DNA of 32,000 nt from Nitrosospira multiformis ATCC 25196 (GCF_000196355.1 NC_007614.1:2430001-2462000); one strand, 5' to 3'. Positions 9,775 through 20,016 are shown, numbered from the stretch's first letter. Program-made: numbers and translations. The notes: a model not told the origin generated them from the letters alone.

Positions 9775-10935
9775 ATGCGCGCACTCACTTATCATGGAAG
9801 TTACGACGTTCGCGTGGATACCGTACCCGACCCGATACTTCAGGAACCGGACGATATTGTTCTAAAAATAACTGCTACTGCGATCTGTGGCTCCGACTTG
9901 CATCTGTACCGGGGCAAAATGCCGGAACTCAAGAATGGCGACATACTCGGCCATGAGTTTATGGGAACAGTCGTCGACGCGGGCCCGGAGGTTACAGCGT
10001 TGCGAAAGGGCGACCGGGTGGTGGTCCCCTTCGTCATCGCCTGCGGACAATGCTTCTTCTGCGAGAGGCAATTGTACGCCGCTTGTGAAACGACCAACCC
10101 GGATCGTGGCGCAATCATGAACAAAAAAAACGTGCGTTCAGGCGCAGCGTTCTTTGGCTATACGCACCTGTATGGGGGAGTGCCGGGCGGCCAGGCTGAA
10201 TATGTAAGAGTGCCGAAGGCGAATGTAGGCCCCATCAAGATCCCTGAAACGCTTCCGGATGAGAAAGTCCTGTTCCTGAGTGATATTCTGCCTACCGGTT
10301 ACCAGGCTGTACTGAATGCAGAGATAGGCCCCGGTTCCAGCGTTGTGATTTTTGGCGCCGGTCCGGTGGGACTGATGTCGGCGGCTTGCGCGCGGCTTCT
10401 GGGAGCGGAAACGATTTTCATGGTCGACCATCATCCGTATCGACTCGAATTTGCCCGCCAAACATATGACGTTATCCCCCTCAATTTCGATGAGGTCGAC
10501 CCTGCCGAGGTCATTGTCGAGAAAACTTCTTATAGAGGTGTCGATGCGGCCATCGATGCAATAGGATTTGAGGCCAAAGGCAGCGCGCTGGAAACCGTCA
10601 TGACCAACCTGAAACTGGAAGGCAGCAGCGGCGTGGCCTTGCGCCAATGCATCGCAGCAGTAAGGCGGGGCGGCACAATCAGCGTGCCGGGAGTATATGC
10701 CGGTTTTATCCATGCCTTCCTTTTCGGTGATGCTTTCGAGAAAGGCGTGACCTTCAGAATGGGGCAAACTCATGTCCAGCGCTTCCTCCCCGAACTGCTG
10801 GAGCATGTCGAATCCGGAAAGCTACAACCGGATGTCATTATCAGTCACCGGATGCCGCTTGCTGAAGCAGCTAGCGCATATAAAATCTTCGAAAAAAAAG
10901 AAGACGACTGCCGCAAGGTTGTCCTGACCCCCTGA
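9775..10935 (+). CDS. Zinc-dependent alcohol dehydrogenase (MDR family, formaldehyde-dehydrogenase-like)
   Basis: 386-aa ORF: [33 protein letters not shown] structural zinc region, [20 protein letters not shown]. Confidence 0.92.
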   Translation: MRALTYHGSYDVRVDTVPDPILQEPDDIVLKITATAICGSDLHLYRGKMPELKNGDILGHEFMGTVVDAGPEVTALRKGDRVVVPFVIACGQCFFCERQLYAACETTNPDRGAIMNKKNVRSGAAFFGYTHLYGGVPGGQAEYVRVPKANVGPIKIPETLPDEKVLFLSDILPTGYQAVLNAEIGPGSSVVIFGAGPVGLMSAACARLLGAETIFMVDHHPYRLEFARQTYDVIPLNFDEVDPAEVIVEKTSYRGVDAAIDAIGFEAKGSALETVMTNLKLEGSSGVALRQCIAAVRRGGTISVPGVYAGFIHAFLFGDAFEKGVTFRMGQTHVQRFLPELLEHVESGKLQPDVIISHRMPLAEAASAYKIFEKKEDDCRKVVLTP

Positions 10936-11210
10936 CCCCCATACATCGAAGAGCCCCAAGTTCTCGTCCTGAGCTTTCGTCCAGCCTTACCTGACCGTTT
11001 GTCCCGGGTAGTCGCAAGGTGGAGATGAGCTCACAATAGAACTGAAGATGTTGTACGAGTAGTGAGTGGACTGTTCGTTATCGCACAGTAGCTTCCTCTA
11101 AAAACCCCGATCATAGCGGCAACCATCTGCGCTGGCCGAGTAACAAGAATGCGAAAAGCATCCTTATCGGTTCGCGCGCCTCCCGACAGTTTGCTCCAGG
11201 CCAGTGGTCG

Positions 11211-14200
11211 ATGAACGCAATCAATAACAAAATATTCCTTTCTTTTTGGCAGGCAGGCTATGAAGGGGCGGACCACATCAATGGTGAGGGCTTGCCTTTA
11301 TCCATGAATCACGCCACGCAGCATGCTGATCTGGCATATCACGATTATTCGCTACTGCAGGATTTTGGGATCGGAACGGTCCGCGAAAGCGTGGGTTGGC
11401 GGTCAGTGGAAAAAGAGGGGGGCTTCGATTTTTCGTCTGTCGAACTACGTGCCCACGCGGCTCGAGACTGTGGCCTACAGGTCATATGGACGTTATGTCA
11501 TTACGGTTGGCCAGATGAGATCGATCCCTATTCGGCTGATTTCATTGACCGGTTTTCGCTGTTTTGTTCTCGAACGGTGGAATATCTTGAATCATTTTCG
11601 AACAACGACGTTGTTTCCATCTACACCCCGATTAACGAAATCTCCTTCACCAGCTGGGTATCTGTGAGAAATCGCTTCATGTGCGCCAATCCACATGACG
11701 ACGACGGAGCGGAGTTAAAGCGGCAGCTGGTGCGAGCAACGATGAAAGGCTGCGAGGAAATCTGGAAAATCAATCCTTCCGCCCGCATTCTTCATTGCGA
11801 GCCGCTGATACACGTCGTTGCTCCTGATGACCGGCCTGACCTTGAGGATCACGCAGAGATGTACAGGCAATCCCAGTTCGAAGCCTGGGACATGCTCTGC
11901 GGACGCCTGGAGCCTGAGTTGGGGGGCGCGCCGCATTTTCTGGACCTGATCGGAGTGAACTACTATCACAGCAACCAATGGGAATCTAGCAGCGACAAAT
12001 GGGAGGCAGGCCTTCCTCTCTTCTGGCACCTCGATCATCCCCGCCGTGTTCCATTCTATGACCTTCTAAACGAGGTTTATCGCCGTTATCACCGGCCTGT
12101 TTTAATTTCGGAAACCAGCCATGTCGGAAGTGGCAGGGGTGCGTGGATCAAGGAAGTGGCGCAGCACGCGGTAATAGCTCAACAGTCTGGGGTGGACCTG
12201 CACGGAATCTGTCTGTATCCCATCGTTGATCGACCAGATTGGGATAACCCGGAACATTGGCATAAAAGCGGTCTATGGGAAGTAAATATCGAGGGGGAAA
12301 AAGAAGAAACACGGTACCAGCGGGTTTTATCGCAGACATATGCCGCTGGTTTAAGAGATGCTCAACGACTGACTCATAATCTTTTTTCACATTGCCTTTC
12401 AATTCAAACCCCATCCAACACTCTAGGAATCCCAATGACGACAATTATTGTTTTTTCCCATCTGCGCTGGGACTTTGTATATCAACGCCCCCAACATCTT
12501 CTCTCCCGGCTTGCTGAAAACTACAAGATTGTTTTCATTGAAGAGCCGATTCTGCACCAGCACGACAGCTTCCTCGAATACTCCCAGCCGGTGCCGAACA
12601 TTACCGTGGTGAAGCCTCGCACACCGGTCGCCGCAGCAGGTTTCCATGATGAACAACTGCCGCATCTGATCAGATTGATGCAGCAATTTGTCGTTCTGGA
12701 AGAAGAGCACATCGCCTGGTTTTATACGCCCATGGCGCTGCCGCTGCTGCAGGAGCTGCAACCCTCCCTGGTTATTTATGATTGCATGGACGAACTCGCC
12801 TCTTTCAAGAATTCACCCAAGCAAATGCTTCAACGGGAAAATGCGTTGCTGAGAATTGCGGACCTCGTTTTTACCGGCGGGCCAAGCCTCTACCGCGCAA
12901 AGCGGGCACGCCATCCGAACGTGCATTGCTTTCCCAGCAGTGTAGATATCGTACATTTTGAACAAGCAAGGGACCGGAGCAATCACCACCCGGCCCAGGA
13001 GGACATACCCGGCCCCCGGCTCGGCTACTATGGCGTGATAGACGAGCGAATTGATCTGGAACTCATCGATCGTCTGGCGGAGGCGCACCCGCAATGGCAG
13101 ATCGTGCTGGTCGGGCCCGTCGCGAAGATCAGCCGGAGCGCGTTGCCCCGACGGCATAACATTCACTACCTGGGCCAGCAGCCCTATAAGGCCCTTCCGC
13201 ATTTTCTGGCTGGCTGGAACGTATGTTTGCTGCCTTTTGCCTTGAATGAATCCACACGCTTCATCAGCCCGACCAAGACGCTGGAGTATATGGCTGCCGA
13301 ATTGCCTGTAATCAGTACACCCGTTGCGGATGTAGTGGAACTGTATGGGGAAGCCGTATCGATTGCAGATACCCCGCAGGCTTTCATCCGGGCCTGCGAG
13401 AACGCGTTGCTGACCACCCCCGAAGACAATACGCAAACGATTATGAGAATGCGGGAAATGGTATCGGCAACCTCCTGGAATACAACTGCGGAAAAAATGC
13501 ATGAACTCATGCAGGTTGCCGTGCTGCAGAACGAAGGATCAACGAGGGGTGTACGCCGGTTCATGGAACCCGAGTCCCTCATTCCTGGGAACCTGGAATC
13601 TACTCCTGCCGAAAACAGAAAGGTTGTCATTATCGGAGCGGGGCCGACCGGATTGAGTGCTGCTTATCACCTTGACGAAGAGACGCTGCTGCTGGACAAG
13701 AATTCGGTTGTCGGCGGATGGTGCCGCTCGATTGAAGACAAAGGTTTCACCTTTGATCACGCCGGTCACATCATGTTTTCAAACGACCCCTATGTGCATC
13801 AGCTCTACAAGATTCTGCTCGGCAATAACGTTCATTGGCAGGACCGTGAAGCCTGGGTTTACAGCAAAGGCATTCATACCCGCTATCCGTTTCAGGGCGC
13901 CCTCTATGGTCTGCCCGCCGATGTCATCAAGGAATGCATTGTGGGAGCGATGGAAGCGCGCTACGGCACATTAAAGACTCCTCAAGCAAAATCAATGGAA
14001 GGAACCTGCCAGGGTATGGACGGGGCCGCTACCGTTGTATCGGACTGCTGCGCCGATGGGACCGGGAGTATAGTCCCCGGGTCCGGCGAAGTACGAGGGG
14101 CCGAAGGCATGGTTGACAGAAGCAAAGCCGAGAACTTCGAAGAGTTCATCTATCGGGTGTGGGGAGCAGGTATCGCGAAACATTTTGCGATACCTTACAA

Positions 14201-15092
14201 CAGAAAACTCTGGACAGTTCCACTGACCGAAATGGAAACTTCCTGGCTTGGGGGCCGCGTACCCCTGCCTGATCTGGAGGAAATCATAGAAGGCGCATTA
14301 CGGCCTGTCGCCAAACCGATGGGCCCCAATGCGCGCTTCGGTTACCCTCTCCGAGGGGGATTTCAGGCCATGATGTCTGGCTTTGTTCCCCACATCAAAG
14401 GCGCCATTGAGCTGAATACAGAGGTCGCCCGCATTTCACCGGATCAACACTTGATTACATTGGCGGATGGAAGGCGCTACCGCTATCAGTATCTGCTCAG
14501 CACGATACCCCTACCCGAGCTGATCCGCAGCATGGGGGATGAAGCGCCTCCCCCCATCAAAAAAGCGGCAGCCGCATTGCGCCACGTTTCAGTACGCTGC
14601 GTCAACCTGGGTATCGGCAGGGAAAACATTTCAGACAAGCACTGGATCTATTATCCGGAAGACACCATCTTCCATCGGGTTTTTCTCCAGGGGAATGCCA
14701 GTCCTGCCTGCAATCCCCCGGGCGGATTCGGGCTCACCTGCGAGATATCCTACTCGCCGGTCAAACCTCTCCCACTCGACGGCCAGGAGTTGATCGACCG
14801 ATGCGTGGAAGACTGCATCAAGGTGGGTTTATTTACGCGGGACGATAAATTGATTACGGCCAATCTGGTAGATATGCCGTACGCGTATGTAGTATATGAC
14901 CACGCGAGAAAGCAGAGCGTTGAAACCATCCGGCAATGGCTTTCGGAGCGCGATATTATCCTGGCCGGACGCTACAGTGAGTGGGAATATTACAACTCCG
15001 ATCATGCTTTCCTGGCAGGAAAAAAGGCAGCAGAAGTTATCGATGAACTCATTGACGGCGAAGAACATATTGCCGACAAAACCGCAGTGTGA
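11211..15092 (+). CDS. Tripartite fusion: GH-A/GH1-like hydrolase + glycosyltransferase + FAD-dependent UDP-galactopyranose-mutase/amine-oxidase-like protein
   Basis: 1293-aa uninterrupted ORF. Residues ~1-400 have the GH pattern (TPINEISF and VLISETSHVG); ~409-784 start MTTIIVFSHLRWDFVYQRPQHLLSRL and carry GT-type TKTLEYMAAELPVISTP; ~800-1290 have the dinucleotide motif VVIIGAGPTGLSAAYHL and AIPYNRKLW. Confidence 0.88.
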   Translation: MNAINNKIFLSFWQAGYEGADHINGEGLPLSMNHATQHADLAYHDYSLLQDFGIGTVRESVGWRSVEKEGGFDFSSVELRAHAARDCGLQVIWTLCHYGWPDEIDPYSADFIDRFSLFCSRTVEYLESFSNNDVVSIYTPINEISFTSWVSVRNRFMCANPHDDDGAELKRQLVRATMKGCEEIWKINPSARILHCEPLIHVVAPDDRPDLEDHAEMYRQSQFEAWDMLCGRLEPELGGAPHFLDLIGVNYYHSNQWESSSDKWEAGLPLFWHLDHPRRVPFYDLLNEVYRRYHRPVLISETSHVGSGRGAWIKEVAQHAVIAQQSGVDLHGICLYPIVDRPDWDNPEHWHKSGLWEVNIEGEKEETRYQRVLSQTYAAGLRDAQRLTHNLFSHCLSIQTPSNTLGIPMTTIIVFSHLRWDFVYQRPQHLLSRLAENYKIVFIEEPILHQHDSFLEYSQPVPNITVVKPRTPVAAAGFHDEQLPHLIRLMQQFVVLEEEHIAWFYTPMALPLLQELQPSLVIYDCMDELASFKNSPKQMLQRENALLRIADLVFTGGPSLYRAKRARHPNVHCFPSSVDIVHFEQARDRSNHHPAQEDIPGPRLGYYGVIDERIDLELIDRLAEAHPQWQIVLVGPVAKISRSALPRRHNIHYLGQQPYKALPHFLAGWNVCLLPFALNESTRFISPTKTLEYMAAELPVISTPVADVVELYGEAVSIADTPQAFIRACENALLTTPEDNTQTIMRMREMVSATSWNTTAEKMHELMQVAVLQNEGSTRGVRRFMEPESLIPGNLESTPAENRKVVIIGAGPTGLSAAYHLDEETLLLDKNSVVGGWCRSIEDKGFTFDHAGHIMFSNDPYVHQLYKILLGNNVHWQDREAWVYSKGIHTRYPFQGALYGLPADVIKECIVGAMEARYGTLKTPQAKSMEGTCQGMDGAATVVSDCCADGTGSIVPGSGEVRGAEGMVDRSKAENFEEFIYRVWGAGIAKHFAIPYNRKLWTVPLTEMETSWLGGRVPLPDLEEIIEGALRPVAKPMGPNARFGYPLRGGFQAMMSGFVPHIKGAIELNTEVARISPDQHLITLADGRRYRYQYLLSTIPLPELIRSMGDEAPPPIKKAAAALRHVSVRCVNLGIGRENISDKHWIYYPEDTIFHRVFLQGNASPACNPPGGFGLTCEISYSPVKPLPLDGQELIDRCVEDCIKVGLFTRDDKLITANLVDMPYAYVVYDHARKQSVETIRQWLSERDIILAGRYSEWEYYNSDHAFLAGKKAAEVIDELIDGEEHIADKTAV

Positions 15093-15098
15093 TCAGGC

Positions 15099-15902
15099 AT
15101 GATAATAGACGCTCATATTCATTGTTCAGGAGACGAAAAAGTAGATGACGTTCTACAGGCATTGGATCAGGCGCAAGTGGACAAGGCCGTTGTGCTTGCG
15201 CCATTTTTGAGCGGCCCGTATTCCATGCACGACAGTGCGTCGTTGAGATCGGCCAACCAGTACCTTTCCCGGCTGATAGGCCATCACACCGACCGGCTGA
15301 TCGGCTTTGCGGTAATCAACCCTTCGTTAGAAGGAGCATGCCAGGATCTTGTGAGCGCCCATGAACTGGGGCTCCATGGACTCAAAATGGTGCCAGCCGG
15401 ATGGTATCCTTATGACGACTGTGCACGGGATGTTTATGAAACAGCAGCCCGCCTCAAAATTCCAATCCTGTTCCACAGCGGGATTTTCATCGATGGAAAA
15501 TCGGGGCGTTTCTGCCGCCCCAGCTTTTACGAAGCGATACGCGATTATCCTGACTTGCGCGTTACCCTCGCTCACCTAGGGTGGCCCTGGTCAGATGAGG
15601 CGAATGCGGTAGGTCTCATAGACCTCATCAACGGAGTGCCGCCCGATAACAGCCAGTTTCGCTTCGACATTTCCTTTGGCGCCCCCCCCGTTTACCGCCT
15701 TGAAGTTCTCAGAAAAGCAATCGACGTCCTCACGCCCGATTTATTGCAATTCGGCAGCGATGTGTTCTTGCCCTGTAGCGCGGATTTGATAAAAAGCCGA
15801 ATTGACGAGGTGTTGATGCTGCTGGAACGTCTCGAAGTGGACAAATCCAGTCGCGACCGGATCATGGGAGGGACAGCCGCAGCCTGGTTGGGGATAAACT
15901 GA
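15099..15902 (+). CDS. Amidohydrolase-family (TIM-barrel, amidohydrolase 2) protein
   Basis: 267-aa ORF with MIIDAHIHCSG (DxHxH), FHSG, TLAHLGWPW and FGSDVFLP. Confidence 0.88.
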   Translation: MIIDAHIHCSGDEKVDDVLQALDQAQVDKAVVLAPFLSGPYSMHDSASLRSANQYLSRLIGHHTDRLIGFAVINPSLEGACQDLVSAHELGLHGLKMVPAGWYPYDDCARDVYETAARLKIPILFHSGIFIDGKSGRFCRPSFYEAIRDYPDLRVTLAHLGWPWSDEANAVGLIDLINGVPPDNSQFRFDISFGAPPVYRLEVLRKAIDVLTPDLLQFGSDVFLPCSADLIKSRIDEVLMLLERLEVDKSSRDRIMGGTAAAWLGIN

Positions 15903-15903
15903 C

Positions 15904-17067
15904 GTGAAAATCATTTCAACCGCCGAACGGCCTGTCAATCTTCTTGAGATCATAGGGGCTTCCATTGTCGGTGGAATGGAAACTTACGTCTTGAGGTTGC
16001 TCGAGCGGCTTCCCCAGGACTCTTTTCGGGTCACCTGCCTCTGTGTGGCGGAAGGCAAACTCGCATCCCAATTACGCAGCATCGGTTGCAGCGTTCACAT
16101 CACGCCCATCACGGATGAGCCCGACTGGCAGGCTGTCCTGCTGGGCTCCAGCCTGATCCGGACTGATGCGATCGACGTCATTCATGCACACCTTCCCAAT
16201 GCACACTCACTTGCAGGTATTCTGAGCAGGTTGACCGACACGCCAGCTGTGTCCACTATTCACGGACGCTACCTGAGCATGCGCGATTTTGAAGTGCACA
16301 AGCTCATGAATACCCATATCAACGTGGTTGCAAAAACCGCCTACTTCCATGCTTTGACCCTCGGCGTACCGAGCACAAAACTACGTTTTATTCCGAATGG
16401 AATCGATACAAAGATCTTTCAACCGGCCCCCAAGTCGAATTACCTTCATTCCTTGATCAAGATCCCGCCAGAAACGCCTCTCGTAGGCTTCATTGGACGC
16501 CTCTCGCCCGAAAAGGGACCGGGAGTATTTGTTCAGGTGGCGCGGATAGCACAAAGGAAATTGAAGAATTGCCACTTCGTACTGGTGGGCGAAGGGCCGA
16601 TGCGGCGGGAGCTCCAGAAGGAAATCGACGAGTATGGCCTGAAGGACCACATCCATATAGTCGGACTGCAGAGAGACATCACAAAAATCTATCCCTGCCT
16701 CGATCTCGTCGTGTCGACTTCATATTCCGAAGCGATGCCACTTGTAATAGTAGAAGCGATGGCGTCAGGCCTCCCGGTGGTGGCCACGAATGTCGGGGGG
16801 GTGGTCGATATTGTCGAGGTAGGCGGAACCGGATTGCTGAAAGGTCCGGGAGATACGGAAGGACTGGCAAACGATGTCATCACTTTGATGACCGACAATT
16901 CGACCCGTATCCAGATGGGAGCAGCAGCCCGAAAACGGGCCGAAGAAAAATTCGACCTAAGTGATATCGTCGCTCAAACTGCACAATTATTGCGATCTCT
17001 TACCCAAGGGGGTATCAAAGGAAGCGATGCGGATACGACAAAAGGCTATCGAAAAGCGCGTTCCTGA
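15904..17067 (+). CDS. Glycosyltransferase family 4 protein
   Basis: 387-aa ORF: GGMETYVLRLLERLP, HGRY, VGFIGRLSPEKGPGVFV, FVLVGEGPMRRELQ, EAMPLVIVEAMASGLPVVATNVGG. Confidence 0.93.
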   Translation: MKIISTAERPVNLLEIIGASIVGGMETYVLRLLERLPQDSFRVTCLCVAEGKLASQLRSIGCSVHITPITDEPDWQAVLLGSSLIRTDAIDVIHAHLPNAHSLAGILSRLTDTPAVSTIHGRYLSMRDFEVHKLMNTHINVVAKTAYFHALTLGVPSTKLRFIPNGIDTKIFQPAPKSNYLHSLIKIPPETPLVGFIGRLSPEKGPGVFVQVARIAQRKLKNCHFVLVGEGPMRRELQKEIDEYGLKDHIHIVGLQRDITKIYPCLDLVVSTSYSEAMPLVIVEAMASGLPVVATNVGGVVDIVEVGGTGLLKGPGDTEGLANDVITLMTDNSTRIQMGAAARKRAEEKFDLSDIVAQTAQLLRSLTQGGIKGSDADTTKGYRKARS

Positions 17068-18011
17068 TGGTTCTCCGGGAGAGAGGCGTCCATTGCTCCA
17101 ACCTTCCCTGCCGCTGACGGGATAGTAGAGGGGGTTTTGGACGGAATCTCCTGGTTTTTTCGCGATCCTCGAGCATGAGAATATACCCAGGTAAACTCAG
17201 CACCGAGTAAAAAAATCTGAGCCGAGTAGTAAACCCATACCAACACGACAACCAGCGACCCTGCTGCGCCGAATCCGGAACTGATGGCGCTTTTTCCAAT
17301 GTAAAGACCGATCAGAATCTTACCGATGGTAAAGAGCAGCGCCGTAACAACCGCCCCGGCCCCCACATCCCTCCACTGGATTTTCACTTTGGGCATAAAT
17401 TTATAAAGCATCGCGAAAACAGCGGTGGTAAAAACAAAGCTGAATATGAAATTCAGGCTCGTTACCAGAACTTCAAGCCCGGAGAAAAATCCGCCCCACC
17501 ACTTTCCCAACGCGGACACGGCGGCATTGAAAACAAGGGATACCATCATCAGGAAGCCTATTCCCAGGATTATTCCAAACGATAGCAATCTGGTCCTGAT
17601 GAGTTCCCATATCCCGCCGTTCTTGTCGTTCTTGTCTTTGACGGGGGCGCGCCAAATACGGTCGAACGCGTTCTGCAACTCGCCAAATACCGTCGTCGCA
17701 CCGACCAGGAGCAAAACTGTTCCGACCACTGCGCCTGCCGCCCCCTCTTCCGGTTTGCTGACGCTTGCCAGCAAGCCTTCCACCGCGGCCGCCCCTTGAT
17801 CACCCATCAAGTCGCGTAATTGTCCAAAGATTTCCCCACGCACTGCTTCTTCGCCGAAAATAAGTCCTGCAGTTGAAATAACGATCAGCAAAAGTGGGGC
17901 GATCGAAAACAGAGTATAGTAGGCCAACGCCGCGCCCATGCTCGGCGCATAGTCATCCACCCACGACGAAAAAGAAGCTTTGACGAGAGTCCATATCTCC
18001 CTGATATTCAT
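17046..18011 (-). CDS. YihY/BrkB-family inner membrane protein
   Basis: 321-aa ORF: WVDDYAPSMGAALAYYTLFSIAPLLLIVISTAGLIFGEEAVRGEI..., multiple TM segments. Confidence 0.92.
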   Translation of the reverse strand: MNIREIWTLVKASFSSWVDDYAPSMGAALAYYTLFSIAPLLLIVISTAGLIFGEEAVRGEIFGQLRDLMGDQGAAAVEGLLASVSKPEEGAAGAVVGTVLLLVGATTVFGELQNAFDRIWRAPVKDKNDKNGGIWELIRTRLLSFGIILGIGFLMMVSLVFNAAVSALGKWWGGFFSGLEVLVTSLNFIFSFVFTTAVFAMLYKFMPKVKIQWRDVGAGAVVTALLFTIGKILIGLYIGKSAISSGFGAAGSLVVVLVWVYYSAQIFLLGAEFTWVYSHARGSRKNQEIPSKTPSTIPSAAGKVGAMDASLPENHQERAFR

Positions 18012-18215
18012 TCTGTCCTCCTCTTTTTCCCCTTCCTTCCCTTTCTGTCCTCTGCGCTTCTGTTCAAATGGGGCGTTAAGGCAGAAATGCGAGCCGGAAG
18101 CTGGAATTCATCCATAGAACCGAAATAACATCATGAATTACAATAGGTGAAACGATTCGATTGGTATGTACGCTAATGCACAGATCGAGCGGACAGGCTT
18201 GCGCTTGGCCAGCCG

Positions 18216-19853
18216 CTACCCGGCTGGTTTTCTGCTCGTATAGATCTGATAGGGAAGGTTGGGTGGATCAGGCAGCCGATCGAAGTATTCGACGATGTAG
18301 CGGTAAATAAGGGGATGGGTGTTACGAAAGCGTAATTCCTCCCGCCCATCGAGGGGCAGATCGTATATCAGAACAAAGCCCGGGCTGGCCGCCGCAATGC
18401 GCCTGATTTCCTCTTGCTGAAAATCCCCATTTCGGGGAAAAAGAGCATATATCTCCCACATCGGAGATTTGGTATTCAGCAGTGGATAGGCGCCAGGCCA
18501 GAATGGAGTCGCGACGAAGCTTCCGCCATCTGGCGCATATTCCTTGGCTAGTTTCCTGAGCAGACGAACGTCGCTTTCCACCTCCGGCAAAACCATGAGC
18601 CGGTTACCCGAAATTTCAATGGCCTTGCATGGGCCACTGGTGTGACATTGCCAGCCCGGATGAAAAGCATGCATCACCCACAAACTCATAATGCATAACG
18701 CCGCTGCGAAAGACCATTTGATTTTCGGGGGCTGCGCGGCCAACAGTACGAGGCAGCCGATCAATAACGGAAAGATGCTCTGGGCAAGGTGCCCCACATC
18801 GGCGCGGGAATATGCATAATGCGCATAGGGCAACCCGAGGAACACCGACGCGACCAGCACGGGCGAAACAGCTTTGTTATGAAATTTCTGGAAAAGGCTC
18901 CATGCAACTCCGACCAGGCTGAAGATCAGTATTCCGATGAAGAGCACGCCGATCAGTACGCCGCGAATTGCTTCCTCGCTCGGTATCGAATCCAGGGATA
19001 CTTTCCATGGCCACGGAACGGGCAGAGAAAGATTGGTCGCCTTCACTTCAGACAGAAAGCGGATGCTTTCCCAGAATGCGCCAGCAAAACCAGGCACAAG
19101 CAGCGCCATCGCAAGCAGCGGCGTGAAGCCAGCCGCCACTCCTGCTGCCCAGAGCAATAATCCCTCCACGAACCCGGGCTGATCCTTTCTACTGTCGGGA
19201 TTGATCGCTAACCAAACCATCACTCCGGCGCTGCCCATCGCTCCATACAGGCCGTGATTGCGGCCAAAAACAGCCACCAGACCGATGCCCAGACCACACA
19301 CGAAGTAGCGTAGCCTCGCGGGATGCTGAACCAGAAAACTCGAGACGCCAACGAGAAGAATGGACAGGGAAATATCGAACAGCTTATGGCGCGGATACAT
19401 CCACACCATGAGAGTGATTGCCGAAAGCAGCAGATAGAGAAAACCCGGGAACTTGAAGCGCAGGAGGCTTTTTTGTGCAATCAGCAGGAGACCCGTGAAC
19501 AAGCCTATGGCCTGGAATACCGCCACCGCGCCACGCAAAGCCATGATGCCATTGTCGCCCCATAAGCTCATCAGAGCTGCCGACCAATAATAACGGCCAG
19601 GATCGTAGGACATGAAATCGCGCAGAGGTACCTCCCCCAGCAATACCCGCTGGGCCCCGTACCATAGGTAACCTTCATCCCACAGATTGAATCCCTTGTG
19701 CCCCTGCCACAGAAAGGACGCAAGCACTGCGAAAGCAGCCAGCACGAATACGGGCAATATTTGATGTATCAGCGGGAGATTTTTTATCGGGAGGGTTTTC
19801 TGGAGTTTGCCTGGCATCGCTGTATGGTTGAGGCGAAGCATGGCATCATACAT
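18216..19853 (-). CDS. Polytopic membrane protein resembling GT-C/ArnT-type glycosyltransferases
   Basis: 545-aa ORF with many TM segments and the early acidic-loop pattern HKGFNLWDEGYLWYGAQRVLLGEVPLRDFMSYDPGRYYWSAAL. Confidence 0.75.
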   Translation of the reverse strand: MYDAMLRLNHTAMPGKLQKTLPIKNLPLIHQILPVFVLAAFAVLASFLWQGHKGFNLWDEGYLWYGAQRVLLGEVPLRDFMSYDPGRYYWSAALMSLWGDNGIMALRGAVAVFQAIGLFTGLLLIAQKSLLRFKFPGFLYLLLSAITLMVWMYPRHKLFDISLSILLVGVSSFLVQHPARLRYFVCGLGIGLVAVFGRNHGLYGAMGSAGVMVWLAINPDSRKDQPGFVEGLLLWAAGVAAGFTPLLAMALLVPGFAGAFWESIRFLSEVKATNLSLPVPWPWKVSLDSIPSEEAIRGVLIGVLFIGILIFSLVGVAWSLFQKFHNKAVSPVLVASVFLGLPYAHYAYSRADVGHLAQSIFPLLIGCLVLLAAQPPKIKWSFAAALCIMSLWVMHAFHPGWQCHTSGPCKAIEISGNRLMVLPEVESDVRLLRKLAKEYAPDGGSFVATPFWPGAYPLLNTKSPMWEIYALFPRNGDFQQEEIRRIAAASPGFVLIYDLPLDGREELRFRNTHPLIYRYIVEYFDRLPDPPNLPYQIYTSRKPAG

Positions 19854-20016
19854 CAGACAGCATAGGGGCAGGCGGAATGACCTGACGGGGCGGGAAGCAA
19901 TTTTGTGAACGGCTCAGAAAGCAAATGAAGGTTGCTGGCAGGCGCTTTGAATATCGTGTAAATCGGACTGCTTCAGGTCAGGCACGAGAAGGCAACTCCT
20001 GACAACAATTGCCGCC

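Noticed and set aside
10138-10806. 222-aa minus-strand ORF
   Set aside because: Antisense to the zinc-dependent dehydrogenase; no independent support.
12813-13502. 229-aa minus-strand ORF
   Set aside because: Antisense to the glycosyltransferase block of the fusion; no domain signature.
19977-20003. GTCAGG...CCTGAC hairpin downstream of the small lipoprotein gene
   Set aside because: Only 6-bp arms with a 15-nt loop; too weak to call a terminator.
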